Shown: positions 47,945-61,765 of the stretch, piece by piece
Numbering within the stretch: position 1 is the stretch's first letter
Layout of the letters: the number at the start of each line of letters is the position of its first letter
The notes under the pieces: model-generated
Database searches by the model: none
Seen by the model: the letters and a program-made list of their open reading frames with translations, nothing else
Told to the model about the DNA's origin: nothing
Source: Eledone cirrhosa
Lineage: Eukaryota
Reading direction: 5' to 3'
Assembly: GCA_964016885.1 (NCBI GenBank)
Contig: OZ024743.1
Location: 54,684,001 to 54,748,000, forward strand
Length of the DNA: 64,000 bases
Made by a program: the position numbers and the translations under genes

Positions 47945-50760
47945 ATTCTCCTTGCTTTTAGTGGGGGACTGGAATGGTATCCTAGATGCACGATGGGACT
48001 ATGTAGAACCATGTCCCAATAGAGGGGGCTGCAACAGCCTCAAAAAATTTAATCGGCCAATTCCAACTGGCCGATACGTATCGACTAGATTTCCCGACTG
48101 CACCACAGTGGACGTGGACAAACCTCAGCGGGACATCTAGATCGTATTTAGATAGGTTCTTTATTAGAGAGAGAGACAAGAAGATGTTAAGCTGTCCACA
48201 AATGTACATGGTTGCCTATTCAGACCACAAACTAGTCATCTGCATAGTCAACCATGATAGAATACATAGACGAGGACTCGGATACTGGAAGCTGAAAATG
48301 TCGTTACCGACACGTAAAGCCTACAGTGAACGGATAAGTAGATTAGTTAGGCAGCAGTTGACGGGAGCCATCGTCAACAATAGATGGTGTACTCTCTCAA
48401 GAGAGCAATTAGAGTAGAGTCGATAGACTTTAGCAGAGAATTAGCCTTAGAGAAAAACAAAACAGAAACAGAACTAGTAGCCAAGGTAGAGGAGGTGCTT
48501 AGAAGTGGCAAAGCAGCTAGAGTGCTAGCAACGAGAACGGCACTGGACCAGTTCTTTGACGTGAAACACGAACGCTGCGTGGTCAGAAGTAAATCATGTG
48601 CTCTAGGAAACGAAGGAGCAAAAGCTGTTAGCTGAACCCAAGTGACAGAGGCGATAAGTGGCAAGAAGTCCATTATTCGGTCTTTGAAATACCAAAATGG
48701 ACGCGTGTTACTTGACTCCAAGGGGATGTGCGCGTCCTTTCAGCGGCACTTTGCGGAACTGTTCGAGCAGAGTGGCGGTGCGCCGAACGGGGCAATGTAT
48801 TTCGGTTCATACCTCAACGGCCTACTGCGTCTCTCGAGCATGGACGCCGAGTTCTGCGAAAGACCGATCACAGCCACTGAGATACGGGACGCTCTGGGCC
48901 GCTGCGGGAAACGCAAATCACCCGGTCTAGATGGTCTACCATATGAGTTTTACATAAGCATGCCGGACTTATTCTCTGGCGTCCTCGAAGCCGTCTACTG
49001 CAAATGGCAGCAGAACGGGAGAATTCCCAGTTTTGCAAGCAGAGGCGTAGTAATGCTGATCAGGAAAGACGAGAACAAGGGGGACGAACTAAGCCACTTT
49101 AGTCCCATAACTCTGCTCAATACAGAATTAAAGAGTTTGGCTACAGGTGTTACAACGAGGCTGGCGCTTGTCGTCGGGAACCTGACAGGGAAAGCGCAAA
49201 CGTGTGCAATCCCGACCAGGTCAATACACGACAACCTGCACCTCATGCGATAGATCATAGAGAGTGTGGGGTGTAAACCCGGCTTCGGTGGGGCTCCGAT
49301 CAATTTAGATCAATCAAAGGCGTTCGATAGGGTCGACATCGATACTTGGAAGCGGTTCTCAAGGCGGCCGGTTGCGCACCCGTCTTCAGAGGCTGGATCA
49401 AAGAAATGCACACCAACATCTACTCGACGGTCAAGGTGAACGGCTACAATCGGAGCCGTGACTCTAGAGCCACTACTGTGGAAGTTGGAGCTTCTGCAGG
49501 GCATCCCGTTGGAACCGGGACTGCGGAAAGCGGCGTCGGCTTATACCGACGACGTGAAAGTAATGGTGTCGGAAAATCGGGGCAATCGGCAACTCACTGC
49601 AGGAATACGAAAGGCTCACAGGAGCAAAACTGAACCCGGTTTGCAACTCGGGACGTGGAGAGGCAAACCAATGCTGTCCGACAGCGTCGTCGGATGCTGG
49701 ATGGAAAGACCGGTGAAATTGCTCGGGGTTTGGTTCGATCCGGACATCCAGGCGGAGAAAAACTGGGACGAGGTCACGGCCAACGTACTTGCGCTAACCT
49801 TTGAAGGGTCGAGCGGAGGTGGTGAACACTTTCATAGCGTGCGTCATCTACTACCGCTTGACCGTTGTGCCTTGTCCCCGTGAACACCTCACCAAGATGG
49901 AACGCATGCTCTTCCACTTCCTTTGGAAGAAGCAGGCTCCACTGGTGAGGAGATCCGTCTGCTGTCAGCACCCTTCCAACGGAGGGCTAGGAATGCCGTG
50001 GCTGATGATGCGTAAATATGCGCTGAGGCTACGGCATCTCCAGGTATTCCTCAGCGACCAACCGGTGTGGGCACTGTTTGTGAGACAGGCCTTCCCGCAA
50101 CTTGTCTCGCTGGTGGAGCTGCAGTCTTGGGTCAAGCGCAGACCAAAAAAGATGGGCGTAATTGTACACTGCCCGGGATTAACTGACCCGTGGAACTACG
50201 CAGAACAACTGCTGTCGCGTATGGGACAAATCCAGTTGACTGCCGAGTCGATAGTAAGGATCAAACTGCCAACCTCTTTCAAAAACGAAAGAGAGGCAGT
50301 TTTCCTCTGTACAGTGGCTATGGTGAAAGATGTTATATGGTGGACGAGATTGAGAGGACTGAGGACAGACGCCGTTCTCTCCGGACAACAACTCATTCCC
50401 ACTTTAGTAGGAGAATCAGAGTGGAGAGAGAGGCACTGCACCCCAGTAAATTTACTGAAAGGTGGATGAATGCAGCAAAAATGGCCCGAGTGATTGGGCC
50501 TTCTCTGCATATAAACTTATAGGTTGAAGAAGAGAGCAAAAGGAAGAAAGGAGCACTTGCACAACACACTCCTGAAGTTGAGGGTTGTTCTATCGACGGG
50601 GTATTAAACAACCCATTTGTAACGCCTCCCCCCTATTGGGGATTTCGACTGTTAAATTTGTTTGTTTTAATAATATTTTTACACGACTGTATGTAAAATC
50701 CCCGGCATGTGTCTTTGTATTGTCCCCTTTTCTTGTGCGCCCTTGTGGCAAATAAAGAAA
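47945..50760 (+). mobile_element. 5'-truncated Tx1/L1-clade LINE with disrupted ORF2 (APE endonuclease + RT)
   Basis: 'LLVGDWNGILD', 'YSDHKLV', 'GYWKL', 'KSPGLDGLPYEFY', 'PITLLNTELK', 'LDQSKAFDRVD', 'AYTDDV'; ends 'aataaagaaa'; (TATC)n on both sides. Confidence 0.9.
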
Positions 50761-50912
50761 TATCTTTATCTTTCTATCTATCTATCTCGCTCTCTTTCTC
50801 TATCTATCTATCAATCTATCTATCTATTTATCTATATACATACCGACCTACCAGCATTCCTGTTTCTCTCTCTTTCTCCCTATATATATATATAGGGAGG
50901 ATATATATATAG

Positions 50913-51000
50913 ACAGGAATGTTGGTAGGTCGGTAGTTCAGTATGTATATATATATTTATCCATATACATACTGAAGTACCGACCTACCAACATTCCTGT
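50913..51000. repeat. 38-bp-arm hairpin; part of a direct/inverted/direct triplication with 50841-50863
   Basis: 'taccgacctacc(a/g)..cattcctgt' appears forward, reverse, forward. Confidence 0.85.
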
Positions 51001-51160
<160 letters not shown>

Positions 51161-51162
51161 AC

Positions 51163-51220
<58 letters not shown>

Positions 51221-51510
51221 ACATCTATCTATCCGTCGACGTATCTATTTACGTACCTAACTTCCTATCTCTGTATCGTTCTGTCTGCCTGTCTATATCT
51301 CTATCTCTATTCATTCAATCATTCTATTTATCTATATATCGGTGAATCTATCGTTCAGATTGCTGAAACATTCCTCAGTAAAGCTAAACTGGATATTATG
51401 AATAGCAGCTGCCCTACAATTATTAATTACAGACATTATAAACCTGTACAATTTCATATGTTTATTATTGCTGTCTAATTATCTGGCTATGTATTCTATG
51501 GTTCATTGTA

Positions 51511-51632
<122 letters not shown>

Positions 51633-51679
51633 TCCCTCTCTCTCTCTCCGTCTCTCTCTGTCACACTCTCTCTCTCTCT

Positions 51680-51780
<101 letters not shown>

Positions 51781-51801
51781 CACATATATATACATATATA
51801 T

Positions 51802-51835
<34 letters not shown>

Positions 51836-52244
51836 GTATACACACACATATATATATAGACACACACATACACACACATATATATATATATACACGCATT
51901 TATATATATATATATATGTGTGCGTGTGTGTGTGTATGTATGTATATATATGTGTGTGTATCTAGCAATCCCTCTACCCACCTATCTAGCGAACTATTTA
52001 TTTATATATGTATATATATATATCTATCCACCTATTTATCTACATACCCATCAATCTCTTTCTACCTTACGCTTGCTCTTAGTTCCTCTCCTTTTTATGA
52101 ATCCTCTTACACACACTTTTCCATATATTGGTCGTTAGAAATGAATACAATGCTCACCCACTCATATACACACATCATAAATATAAATATCTAAGCAATT
52201 AATTACATACGCAAGCATATATATATATATATATATATGTACTA

Positions 52245-53585
52245 TAGTTTCCAATAAAACATCTGTTACTTACGACTACAAGAACTAAAGGACACACTCA
52301 TAAGCAGGGACTACCCTGCATCACTAATTGACAATGGAATCCAACGTGCCCTAAAACTCAGTACCCAGGACCTTAGACACCCTAAAGTTAATCAACCGAA
52401 ACTAACAGCTCTTCCATACATCTCCACACACAACCCCCTCAACAATGAGGCCTTTGACACCATCCTCCAGAACATCCTTGTATTAAAAAAGGACCATAGA
52501 ATTAACCAAATCCTTCGAATACACGATATCATAAAGAGCAAAAGACAATCTAAGTCAATGAAAAACATCCTAACACATGCCAAAGTACTGCCAACCACAA
52601 CAACGAAAGCCACAGTAAAAAAATGCGATAGACCCAACTGTGGCATATGCATCAACCTAATAGAGGGTTCGGAATTCTATTTCAAACAAGGACAACGTTT
52701 TATAGTAAAACACAATTTCACATGCGCATCAGAAAACCTAATATATGTATTAACTTGCTCAGGTTGTCGAGAACAATACATAGACAGATTATAAATACCC
52801 TCCGCCAACGCATGACTGTCCATAGTTCCCAAATCAAAATACGGGAATACAGAAAAATATAGAAAATAGCACTGAGTGAACACATTGATACCTGTGCCAC
52901 CCAAAATCTTTTCCCTCTACAAATTTAAAGATAATGCCACCCACACCCAGCGCATCAGCAAGGAATCTCACTTTATTAACAAATACAGACCCCGTCTAAA
53001 CACTTCTTCCTAAGACGAACCAACAACATGCACACGTTGACATACATACCTACATCAGCATACATCCTACATACATTTCTATCCACATATAAACACAATG
53101 ACATACGTAAACACACATGTTCTATGGTGCAACACAAATATACACAAATTCGCATACCTTTTGATGTTTATAGATATACACGTGGCGACACACACACATA
53201 CACATACGCACACATGTATTGCACATTGATGGGTGCATACATATTTGTACACAAGTATCCCATACGGCAGGGCCTAATGGATTCCCCTTGCAGTACGTAC
53301 AATCTGGACTCACACACGCCTTGCTGTAATGACAATACTATACATCATTTCACCTCTTTTATTATTGATGTTCTTTTGAGAGAATCGTTTTTGTAAATGA
53401 CTGAAAATATTTAATAATGTACGCCATTTTTACCAGTACCAGAAAAATACTGGTCCATCCACACACACACACACTTCTCCGTATAAGCCAAAAGCTTAAT
53501 TACCCCCCCCCCCCCCCCTCTCCGACATACACACACATTCCTACTGACCGATTCATTTCCATTATCACAACAATGAACCACTTTG

Positions 53586-53673
<88 letters not shown>

Positions 53674-54143
53674 TTGTCTTAATAGACACCTGAACTGTTG
53701 ACCTCTCAACATGACTGCAACTCAATCAACCGGAAAAGGACACTCTTCGACAAACCTACATTTGGCGCGAAAGCAGTTCGCGCTAAAATCAATTTAAAAA
53801 TTCACGTGACTTCTACCGACCAATCAAAATTGTTTTGACTACAAGAATGTTTGCAACACGAATTGGCGCGAAATTTATAGTTTTTATTCACGTGACATTC
53901 AACAACCAACCAAATCTTAATACCTCCCAAATCACTTTTTTCGCATAAAACACGAAGAATTTCCAAAACTGATCAGATTAGAACAAAAATCACAAGCACT
54001 CTATCTCAAAATTATTTTTGAAAAGCATAAGAAAAGCGCAACCGGTAAAACTTAAAACTAAAATTGAATACTAACTAATACTTATTCCTAATTAAACTAT
54101 TTTTCACTGGGAAAAATTTGTCAGCATTTTCTTTTCCTTTTTA

Positions 54144-54148
<5 letters not shown>
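52245..54148 (+). mobile_element. Neptune-type PLE 3' part (RT thumb, Cys linker, GIY-YIG, long 3' UTR)
   Basis: 52274-53013 translates 'RLQELKDTLISRDYP..LPYISTHNP..KKCDRPNCGIC..FTCASENLIYVLTCSGCREQYI..LRQRMTVH..HFINKYRPRLN*' with frameshifts; (TA)n flanks. Confidence 0.8.
53761..53915 (+). promoter_or_regulatory. Duplicated module with E2F-like, E-box and CCAAT motifs
   Basis: 'ttggcgcgaaa' twice, 'ttcacgtgac' twice, 'gaccaatc' / 'aaccaacc'; lies in the PLE 3' region. Function inferred only. Confidence 0.45.
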
Positions 54149-54194
<46 letters not shown>

Positions 54195-54196
<2 letters not shown>

Positions 54197-54388
54197 CGAA
54201 GGAAGTGTGGTAAGGAACCAGATAGACCATAACGCACCAGAGTACTCAATACTTAGGTATTAGAGTGGGTAATAGGAAAATGTTTAACTCCGACGGCAGA
54301 GCTCAAGCCGTTTCGACAGGTATTTCTGGAGTCCAGAAATAGCCGTCGAAACGGCTTGCGCTCTGCCGTCGGGGTAAAACATTTTCCC
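54195..54388 (-). mobile_element. Very short Naiad-family insertion (tail plus fold-back of the HHR 3' half)
   Basis: Matches 39216-39335; arms 54275-54330 and 54332-54387 are near reverse complements; (TA)n flanks. Confidence 0.8.
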
Positions 54389-54404
54389 ATATATATATAG
54401 ATAT

Positions 54405-54905
54405 AAAAGTTTGTACACGTACATACATATATGTATACAGACGTACAGTAGTATGTATATATACATACATGCACACATATATATATGTACGTATGGATTC
54501 CCCGAACATTTATTATAATGCTCGGTGTGTTTGTAAACAAACATCCCGTATTAAGCCGTAGTGTCTAGCAACCATCGTTGCTCGTTTGTTCAACACTGAC
54601 AAAGGAACGCTGTACTAGTTTCAAGCTTATTAACTATCGTCAGCAACGTATACCTTCCTGCCAGATTGTTGAACGTATATACTTACCTTATGCATAATAT
54701 CCGCTGAGTAGCACAATTTGCATATCGAGTGGGTTAATCGGCCGGGTGCACCGAATACGATAAATGGAAAAAATGAAACGAAATTTTATTTCCCACTCTT
54801 AGTACGCCTGTTACTTAAATATAAGTATGTACACGTACATACACATATGTATACAGACGTACAGTAGTATGTATATATATATACATACATGCACACATAT
54901 ATATA
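54405..54905 (-). mobile_element. Diverged subfamily of the non-coding HHR repeat, ~1.17 monomers of ~416 bp
   Basis: Homologous to the 37.4 kb unit; terminal redundancy at 54413-54485 and 54829-54905. Confidence 0.8.
54607..54649 (-). ncRNA. Type I hammerhead ribozyme
   Basis: acgttg-CTGACGA-tagtt aata agctt-GAAA-ctagTA^-cagcgt; helix I shows a double change (G-U to U-G) relative to the 37.7 kb copy. Confidence 0.85.
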
Positions 54906-55960
54906 CCAGATAGAAAAATGCGTACAGCAAAAAAAAGTAATATTGTTGGAATATAAACCTTTAAAAATACAGGACAAGAAACTAAAATAAAACTTTAAAA
55001 GAATAGGACAAGAAACTAAAATAAAACTTTAAAGAATTGGACAAGAAATAAAAAATTTTACAATAATATTAGTGGCAAAATTTTTATTGGTAAAAAATCG
55101 AGTTCCACATTCATAGGCTCTGGGTTCCACAATCAGAGATCGTCGTCAGACCGGGGGATCATTTGATCCTGGTTTGAACACCAATTGGGCCATAACCATA
55201 CCCCTATTTCATCATTCGGTGGCACGCCTCATGTGTCATGCATAATGTGAATGAACCCATGGGCCCATGAGCACAGATCTTGAGCAGCAGCGGACGGTCT
55301 TGTCGTCCCGCTCATCCTTGATCTTGACCAACCCGTCCATCTTCTCCTTGCATCTTGTCCTTGAGTTCAAGTCCGGCAGTCCAGATGAATGCGTGCCACA
55401 GCTTTCTGGTACAGGAAGGGGGAGCAGGAGGACTGGAGGGATGACGGGACAGAGGGAGGGAGGACCGATGGTTGAGGGAGGTGCCGTAGTCGGTGGTCAG
55501 AGTCGACATCTTGTCCCGGTCGTCTTCTCCATCTTCGTCTGGTGTTGCGGGACCAGAAGTGCATTCTTGGAGGAGACCTGCAGCTGCATCGGTCAATTCT
55601 TCTTGCAATGGTCATTCTGACGGAGCAGAACTGCCAACCAACCTCAACCAGAACCAAACCACTCAGGGGCAACGCACAATGAGAGCATGACAATTATTAT
55701 GCACTAATCAAGAAGATACTTGGGAATAGCACAGGAAACGAATAAAAAAATGTTGCCACTAATATTATTGTAAAATGTTTTTATTTCTTGTCCAATTCTT
55801 TAAAGTTTTATCTTAGTTTCTTGTCCTATTCTTTTAAAGTTTTATCTTAGTTTCTTGTCCTATTCTTTTAAAGTTTTATTTTAGTTTCTTGTCCTGTATT
55901 TTTAAAGGTTTATATTCCAACAATATTACTTTTTTTGCTGTACGCATTTTTCTATCTGGT
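54906..55960. mobile_element. Non-autonomous DNA transposon with long TIRs containing ~35-bp subterminal repeats
   Basis: 54906-55088 versus 55741-55960 ('accagatagaaaaatgcgtacagc' / 'gctgtacgcatttttctatctggt'); right arm has one extra repeat unit; GC-rich core. Confidence 0.8.
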
Positions 55961-56387
55961 CTACTATTTTTTAAGGCAATGCAAGCAACAACTATCTAAT
56001 AATTAAATGATCATAGTGAATTACTGACAAGTGATTGACATTTTAAAGTTCTTTTGAGTATAATTGCAATCTAGTTGAGGCAACTGGCTTAATGACAAAG
56101 CTACGTCATTTCTGGATTACCTCCCCTAGCGTCACGCTTACTACTCACTCACTTGAACACAAGATTTATCAGCAAACTTTGATTATACACTTTTTCCAGC
56201 TGGACCAAATTTCTAAATTTTTAAGCCAAAAGATGCGTAATGATCTACTGTTCATGCTCATATAAGTTTTATCTCAGTTAAATAAAGTAGAGCCGCGCTG
56301 TACTGTTGTAAACAGACGATAGGGGGAGGGGCGAGAGAGAGATACATATACATATATAAAGATATATACAGATACACCCCCACCCAA

Positions 56388-56441
<54 letters not shown>

Positions 56442-57114
56442 ATGTATGTATATACGCGTGAGTGTGTGTGTGTGTATATACCGATTCATTATATCCATGT
56501 TTGTGTGTCTACATACGCATGAGTGTAAAAGTACAAACATACACTTTACGTAGAAAGATATAGATATATATAATGACGTGTACTAACTGTGTGTGTAAAT
56601 ATATCTGTATGAATTCGAACAAGTCTACCATTATGTATATCAATAAGACTGTGAAATTATAATGTTACCCTATATACACATAGCTCTAGAAAACTATGTA
56701 TATATGATTCTATGATTACATGTATGATTATGTGTAGGGGTGTGTGTGTGGTTGTGTGTGTGTGTGTTTCTGTATGAGTAGATGTGTGTAAATATGTGTG
56801 TGTGTGTGTGTGAGTGGTTGTGTGTGTATGTGTGCACATCTGTACAGCTTTATATGTGTGTGTATATTCGTACATAGCTATAGAAAGATACATATATGTA
56901 TTTGTAAGTGTATGAGCGTCTATGAATGTGTATGAGTGTTTTGTGTACGTGTGCATATGTGTGCATGTAATTACACATACAATCATCTCTCTTATCTTGT
57001 CTTCTTTTCTACCTATTTTCGTTATGTGTATGTATGTGTATGTATGTGTTTGTGTGTTTGTGTGTATGTGTGTTGGTGTGTGTGAACTGGCTCGTTTCTC
57101 TCACCCCCCCCCCC

Positions 57115-57259
<145 letters not shown>

Positions 57260-57294
57260 CATATATAAATATATATATATATATATATACCCTG

Positions 57295-57344
<50 letters not shown>

Positions 57345-57801
57345 AATATATATATATATATACCGAAATTGTTGCAGGCGTATAATTTACAACATTACAA
57401 CAATAGAGTGGTATGTGGTTATGCGCCGTCCACCATTTTTCTTTCTTATAGCTCACCTTTGTATTCATGTCAACATGGCTTCCTATAGGCTTTCTATATA
57501 TAATCTTAGTCTCTGTCTCCTTTTAAGCCCGGTGTCAGTTTGTCACATGAAGTCATTTGATCAAAATCACTGGGGGCCAAATTAGTTGCTATGTCACATC
57601 GTCATCTTTACAACACATTCTCCCGCTGTGAAGTCAACCATTCCATGTCTGACGAAAAGTATATTTTCACGATATAACCTTTACTTTTCACCTTCATTCT
57701 ATGTATTATTTGAATCTTTTTTTTTAACACTTTCATTATTGTATACTTCTGTTCAACAATAAATGTTTTTTTAAGTTAATAGCTTGTTTTACACCATCTT
57801 C

Positions 57802-57952
<151 letters not shown>

Positions 57953-58077
57953 GGTATCCACTGTAAGTTGTGGGGTCTATTCTGTATCAAGAACTCAATG
58001 TAATCCATATGTTGAAAATGTTGTAGGTTAAGATAAATCTCGGAAAACAGTAAAACATTAAAAGGAAAACAGTCATG

Positions 58078-58159
58078 ATATAAGTTAAAACAATGAAATA
58101 AAAAATCAAGTCATTAGAGATATACTTCACTGACTTGATTTTTTATTTCATTGTTTTAA

Positions 58160-58166
<7 letters not shown>
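58078..58166. repeat. Perfect ~36-bp-arm hairpin with 17-nt loop
   Basis: 'atataagttaaaacaatgaaataaaaaatcaagtca' / 'tgacttgattttttatttcattgttttaacttatat', running into (TA)n. Confidence 0.9.
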
Positions 58167-58254
<88 letters not shown>

Positions 58255-58258
<4 letters not shown>

Positions 58259-58994
58259 GAAGGAATTGGTAGTTTACTTGAAACATTGTGTAGTGAGGTA
58301 TAAACGTTTGAAGTTAGAAAGCCAGAACAATGCAGGTTTGGAGATAAAATATAAATGCAAAAGATAACACTGACAATTTGTCCTTTACCCTAATTTAATC
58401 ACATATCCTGATATTTCGAGATAATATCTCTTCGTCTGAGGAAGGTAAAGGGATTAATCCAGTGTTCGAAGTGGGTTGCCAAGTCAAGCTGAACGGAAGT
58501 AGTATAACATTCTATTCTACTTCTAATGTCAAAGAGTGGAGGTGTGTGCAGGTCAAATGAATAAAGAGTTGTCTCCCTTTAAAGGGTTTGGATATGTATG
58601 TCTAAATGTGTGTGTGTGTGTGAGAGAGAGAATAGGCAAAGGTGTAAGCATGCGTGTGTGTGCGTGTGTGTGCGTGTGTGTGTGTGAGTGTGAGTGGATA
58701 CGGGGAGATGTTAATATGGGGTTTAGATGCTCTATCATGTGAAAAATTGGGTGTTGAGTACTTATCTTTGACATTAGAATTAGAATAGAATTGTATACTA
58801 CTTCCGTTCAGCTTGACTTGGCAACCCACTTCGAACACTCGATTAATCCCTTTACCTTCCTCAGACCAAGAGATATTATCTCGAAATGTCAGGATATATG
58901 ATTAAATTAGGGTAAAGGACAAATTGACAGCGTTATCATTTGCATTTATATTTTATCTCCAAACCTGCATTGTTCTGGCTTTCTAACTTCAAAC
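58255..58994. mobile_element. Non-coding PLE-type insertion with ~230-bp inverted arms (58306-58535, 58765-58994)
   Basis: Reverse-complement arms, ~50-bp left-only tail, (TA)n flanks; HHR-like motif with non-canonical core at 58406-58442. Confidence 0.75.
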
Positions 58995-59022
58995 ATATAT
59001 ATATATATATATATAACTGTAG

Positions 59023-59110
<88 letters not shown>

Positions 59111-59385
59111 TCATTTTTGCAAAGTCTATACAAATACATATTTCTACTTCGATTGACTTCAAACTTGCATTTATATATCCCTTGCGGTCTAAAGATATTA
59201 ACTGCAGCTTTTATTTTTCAATTTTCTGTTGTTAAATGGGTGTTAGGCGCCGGTTATCAAGCTCCGTCGCGCCCTTATAATATATGTCTGTATGCCTGGC
59301 TGTCTGCATAACGGCATTATGACCAACACGTCATTGCTGACGTGTTATCTTTGCCACATTCACACACACACACACACATATATAC

Positions 59386-59476
<91 letters not shown>

Positions 59477-59511
59477 TATATACATACATATACACACACA
59501 TATATACACAT

Positions 59512-59562
<51 letters not shown>

Positions 59563-59712
59563 AATTTTGAGTATATGTTGGTTTTATACCAACAACTCAG
59601 TATGCAGATTGGAGCACGCCACGAAGTGCGCAGGTTGGTTTGGTTACTCCGGAGTAATGTAAAATAAAATAAAATAAATAAGTCAAATGTTTAAAATTTG
59701 GCTTCGTTTATT

Positions 59713-59767
59713 ACTGCTATATATATTTCGGTGACAGCCATCTTATGCTGTGACCTCATCAGGCAGT
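59713..59767 (-). ncRNA. Type I hammerhead ribozyme in a short PLE-type insertion (59564-59800)
   Basis: actgc-CTGATGA-ggtcacagc ataagatg gctgtcacc-GAAA-tatataTA^-gcagt. Confidence 0.85.
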
Positions 59768-59959
59768 CCGAATTAGTGTGGTAGAGACGAGTACACATGT
59801 ATATACACATATATATATATATATATATATATATTGTTATACCGTGGGAGGGTCATATTGTTGTAATAATATTGCCAGAATTAATAACAGAACACACTCA
59901 CTCTTTGGTTGGTTTTCGCTTCTGTAACTTTTATATATACACATAAAAATATATCTATC

Positions 59960-60240
59960 TATGTATCTAGGGCGGGTAAAATTCCCGAGATCCATAGACG
60001 AGTTCTCTCCAGCGGTCTCTGTTCCTCATTGTCGCTGCCATGTTCTGCTTCTCCAACAGACCAGTGTCTGTCCTTAGGGCATCAACATATGTTAACTTTG
60101 GTCTTCCTCTTCCAGTGTGTCCATGCAGGGGATCCCACAGGAGCACTGAGTGCAGTGTCAACTCTGGATGTCGGTGATCATGTCCAGTTCGTGAATTTTT
60201 AACAGGCACTCACAAATTAACGTTTCTCATTGGAGGTGCT
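59960..60240 (-). mobile_element. RTE-clade LINE 3' fragment
   Basis: 'VLLWDPLHGHTGRGRPKLTYVDALRTDTGL..MRNRDRWRELV'. Confidence 0.8.
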
Positions 60241-60255
60241 TTTACCAATGTTCTT

Positions 60256-60283
60256 ATCCGTGCAACGCCGGGATACACTGGTA

Positions 60284-60285
<2 letters not shown>
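60256..60285 (+). mobile_element. Degenerate Helitron 3' end
   Basis: 'atccgtgcaacgccgggat..gtagt' resembles 45026-45055. Confidence 0.45.
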
Positions 60286-60341
<56 letters not shown>

Positions 60342-60530
60342 CGTAAAATAAGAAAATTATAAAATAAACTTACTTACTAAAATTTCACTCCAAATAATTA
60401 GTTTCTGAAAGGGAATAAACATAGTTTTCGAAGAAACGTACGGAGAAGCCTTTCGTCATCAGGGGAGTCTATTCTCAGGTAAGTTTCCAGGCAATACGTG
60501 GACACAGGGAACTTATACAAAAATAATTCA

Positions 60531-60566
<36 letters not shown>

Positions 60567-60698
60567 GTTTTTATTGATTTATTATTTAGGCAAACCGTAT
60601 TATTTAAAATTAGTATTTTTCAACCTAGCTAACTTGGTCATTTGCAATACGAACACATGTATACTTGTATCAGTGTTCATCCCTATCATATATTCATT

Positions 60699-60886
<188 letters not shown>

Positions 60887-61151
60887 TATATCACTGTCCT
60901 CTCTGTACAAGATTAACATCAGTAAGACGATATTTTGCGATTCTACGGGATATCTTTTAAACTGTGGACAGGCTCGTACTTATTTCCTTTATGCGTTTCG
61001 CCTTCTGTATTTTTCCTTTGTATATACAGTAATGCATTAAGATGGATCTGAGATCGATACAAGTGTTTCACACACCCACACACGCGCACACACACATATA
61101 TATATACACACACACACCATATATATATATATATATATATATTTAACCTCA

Positions 61152-61197
<46 letters not shown>

Positions 61198-61573
61198 TGT
61201 AGTTAAATCGAGGCATTTTGAGATATGCAGTATAAGACCGATATTTTTAAAAGCCGGTACAGTGTAGTAGAAAAATACGAAGGGCAAATGATGCCAAATG
61301 AAAAAAACAAAGTAATGTTTTCCACAGTGTAATTTGATATGATATTTCAGGGTCATTACCTTCTTCAACTGTATAGCTGAAACAGTTTGAAACAAAATTG
61401 AACGATCAATGTATTCTTCCCTCACTAGCCTACGTCTCTGTAATACGCATGCACGGAATTGCTACAGTAAACACCTGCCTCGTGCATTTGCGAGCTTTTA
61501 TTTATTTTATTTGCTGATGATAATGGCTCCTTTAATTCTTAAATTGCCTATATTCCTTTCTGTCGCCCCTATG

Positions 61574-61765
61574 GAAGAAGAAGAAGAAGAAGAAGAAGAA
61601 GAAGAAGAAGAAGAAGAAGAAGAAGAAGAAGAAGAAGAAGAAGAAGAAGAAGAAGAAGAAGAAGAAGAAGAAGAAGAAGAAGAAGAAGAAGAAGAAGAAA
61701 AAGAAGAAGAAGAAGAAGAAGAAGAAGAAGAAGAAGAAGAAGAAGAAGAAGAAGAAGAAGAAGAA
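61574..61765. repeat. (GAA)n microsatellite
   Basis: Direct reading; source of the poly-E and poly-F ORFs. Confidence 0.95.

Noticed and set aside
60410-60475. Hammerhead on the minus strand (CTGATGA..GAAA)
   Set aside because: Helix I and II pairing is poor; at most a decayed remnant.
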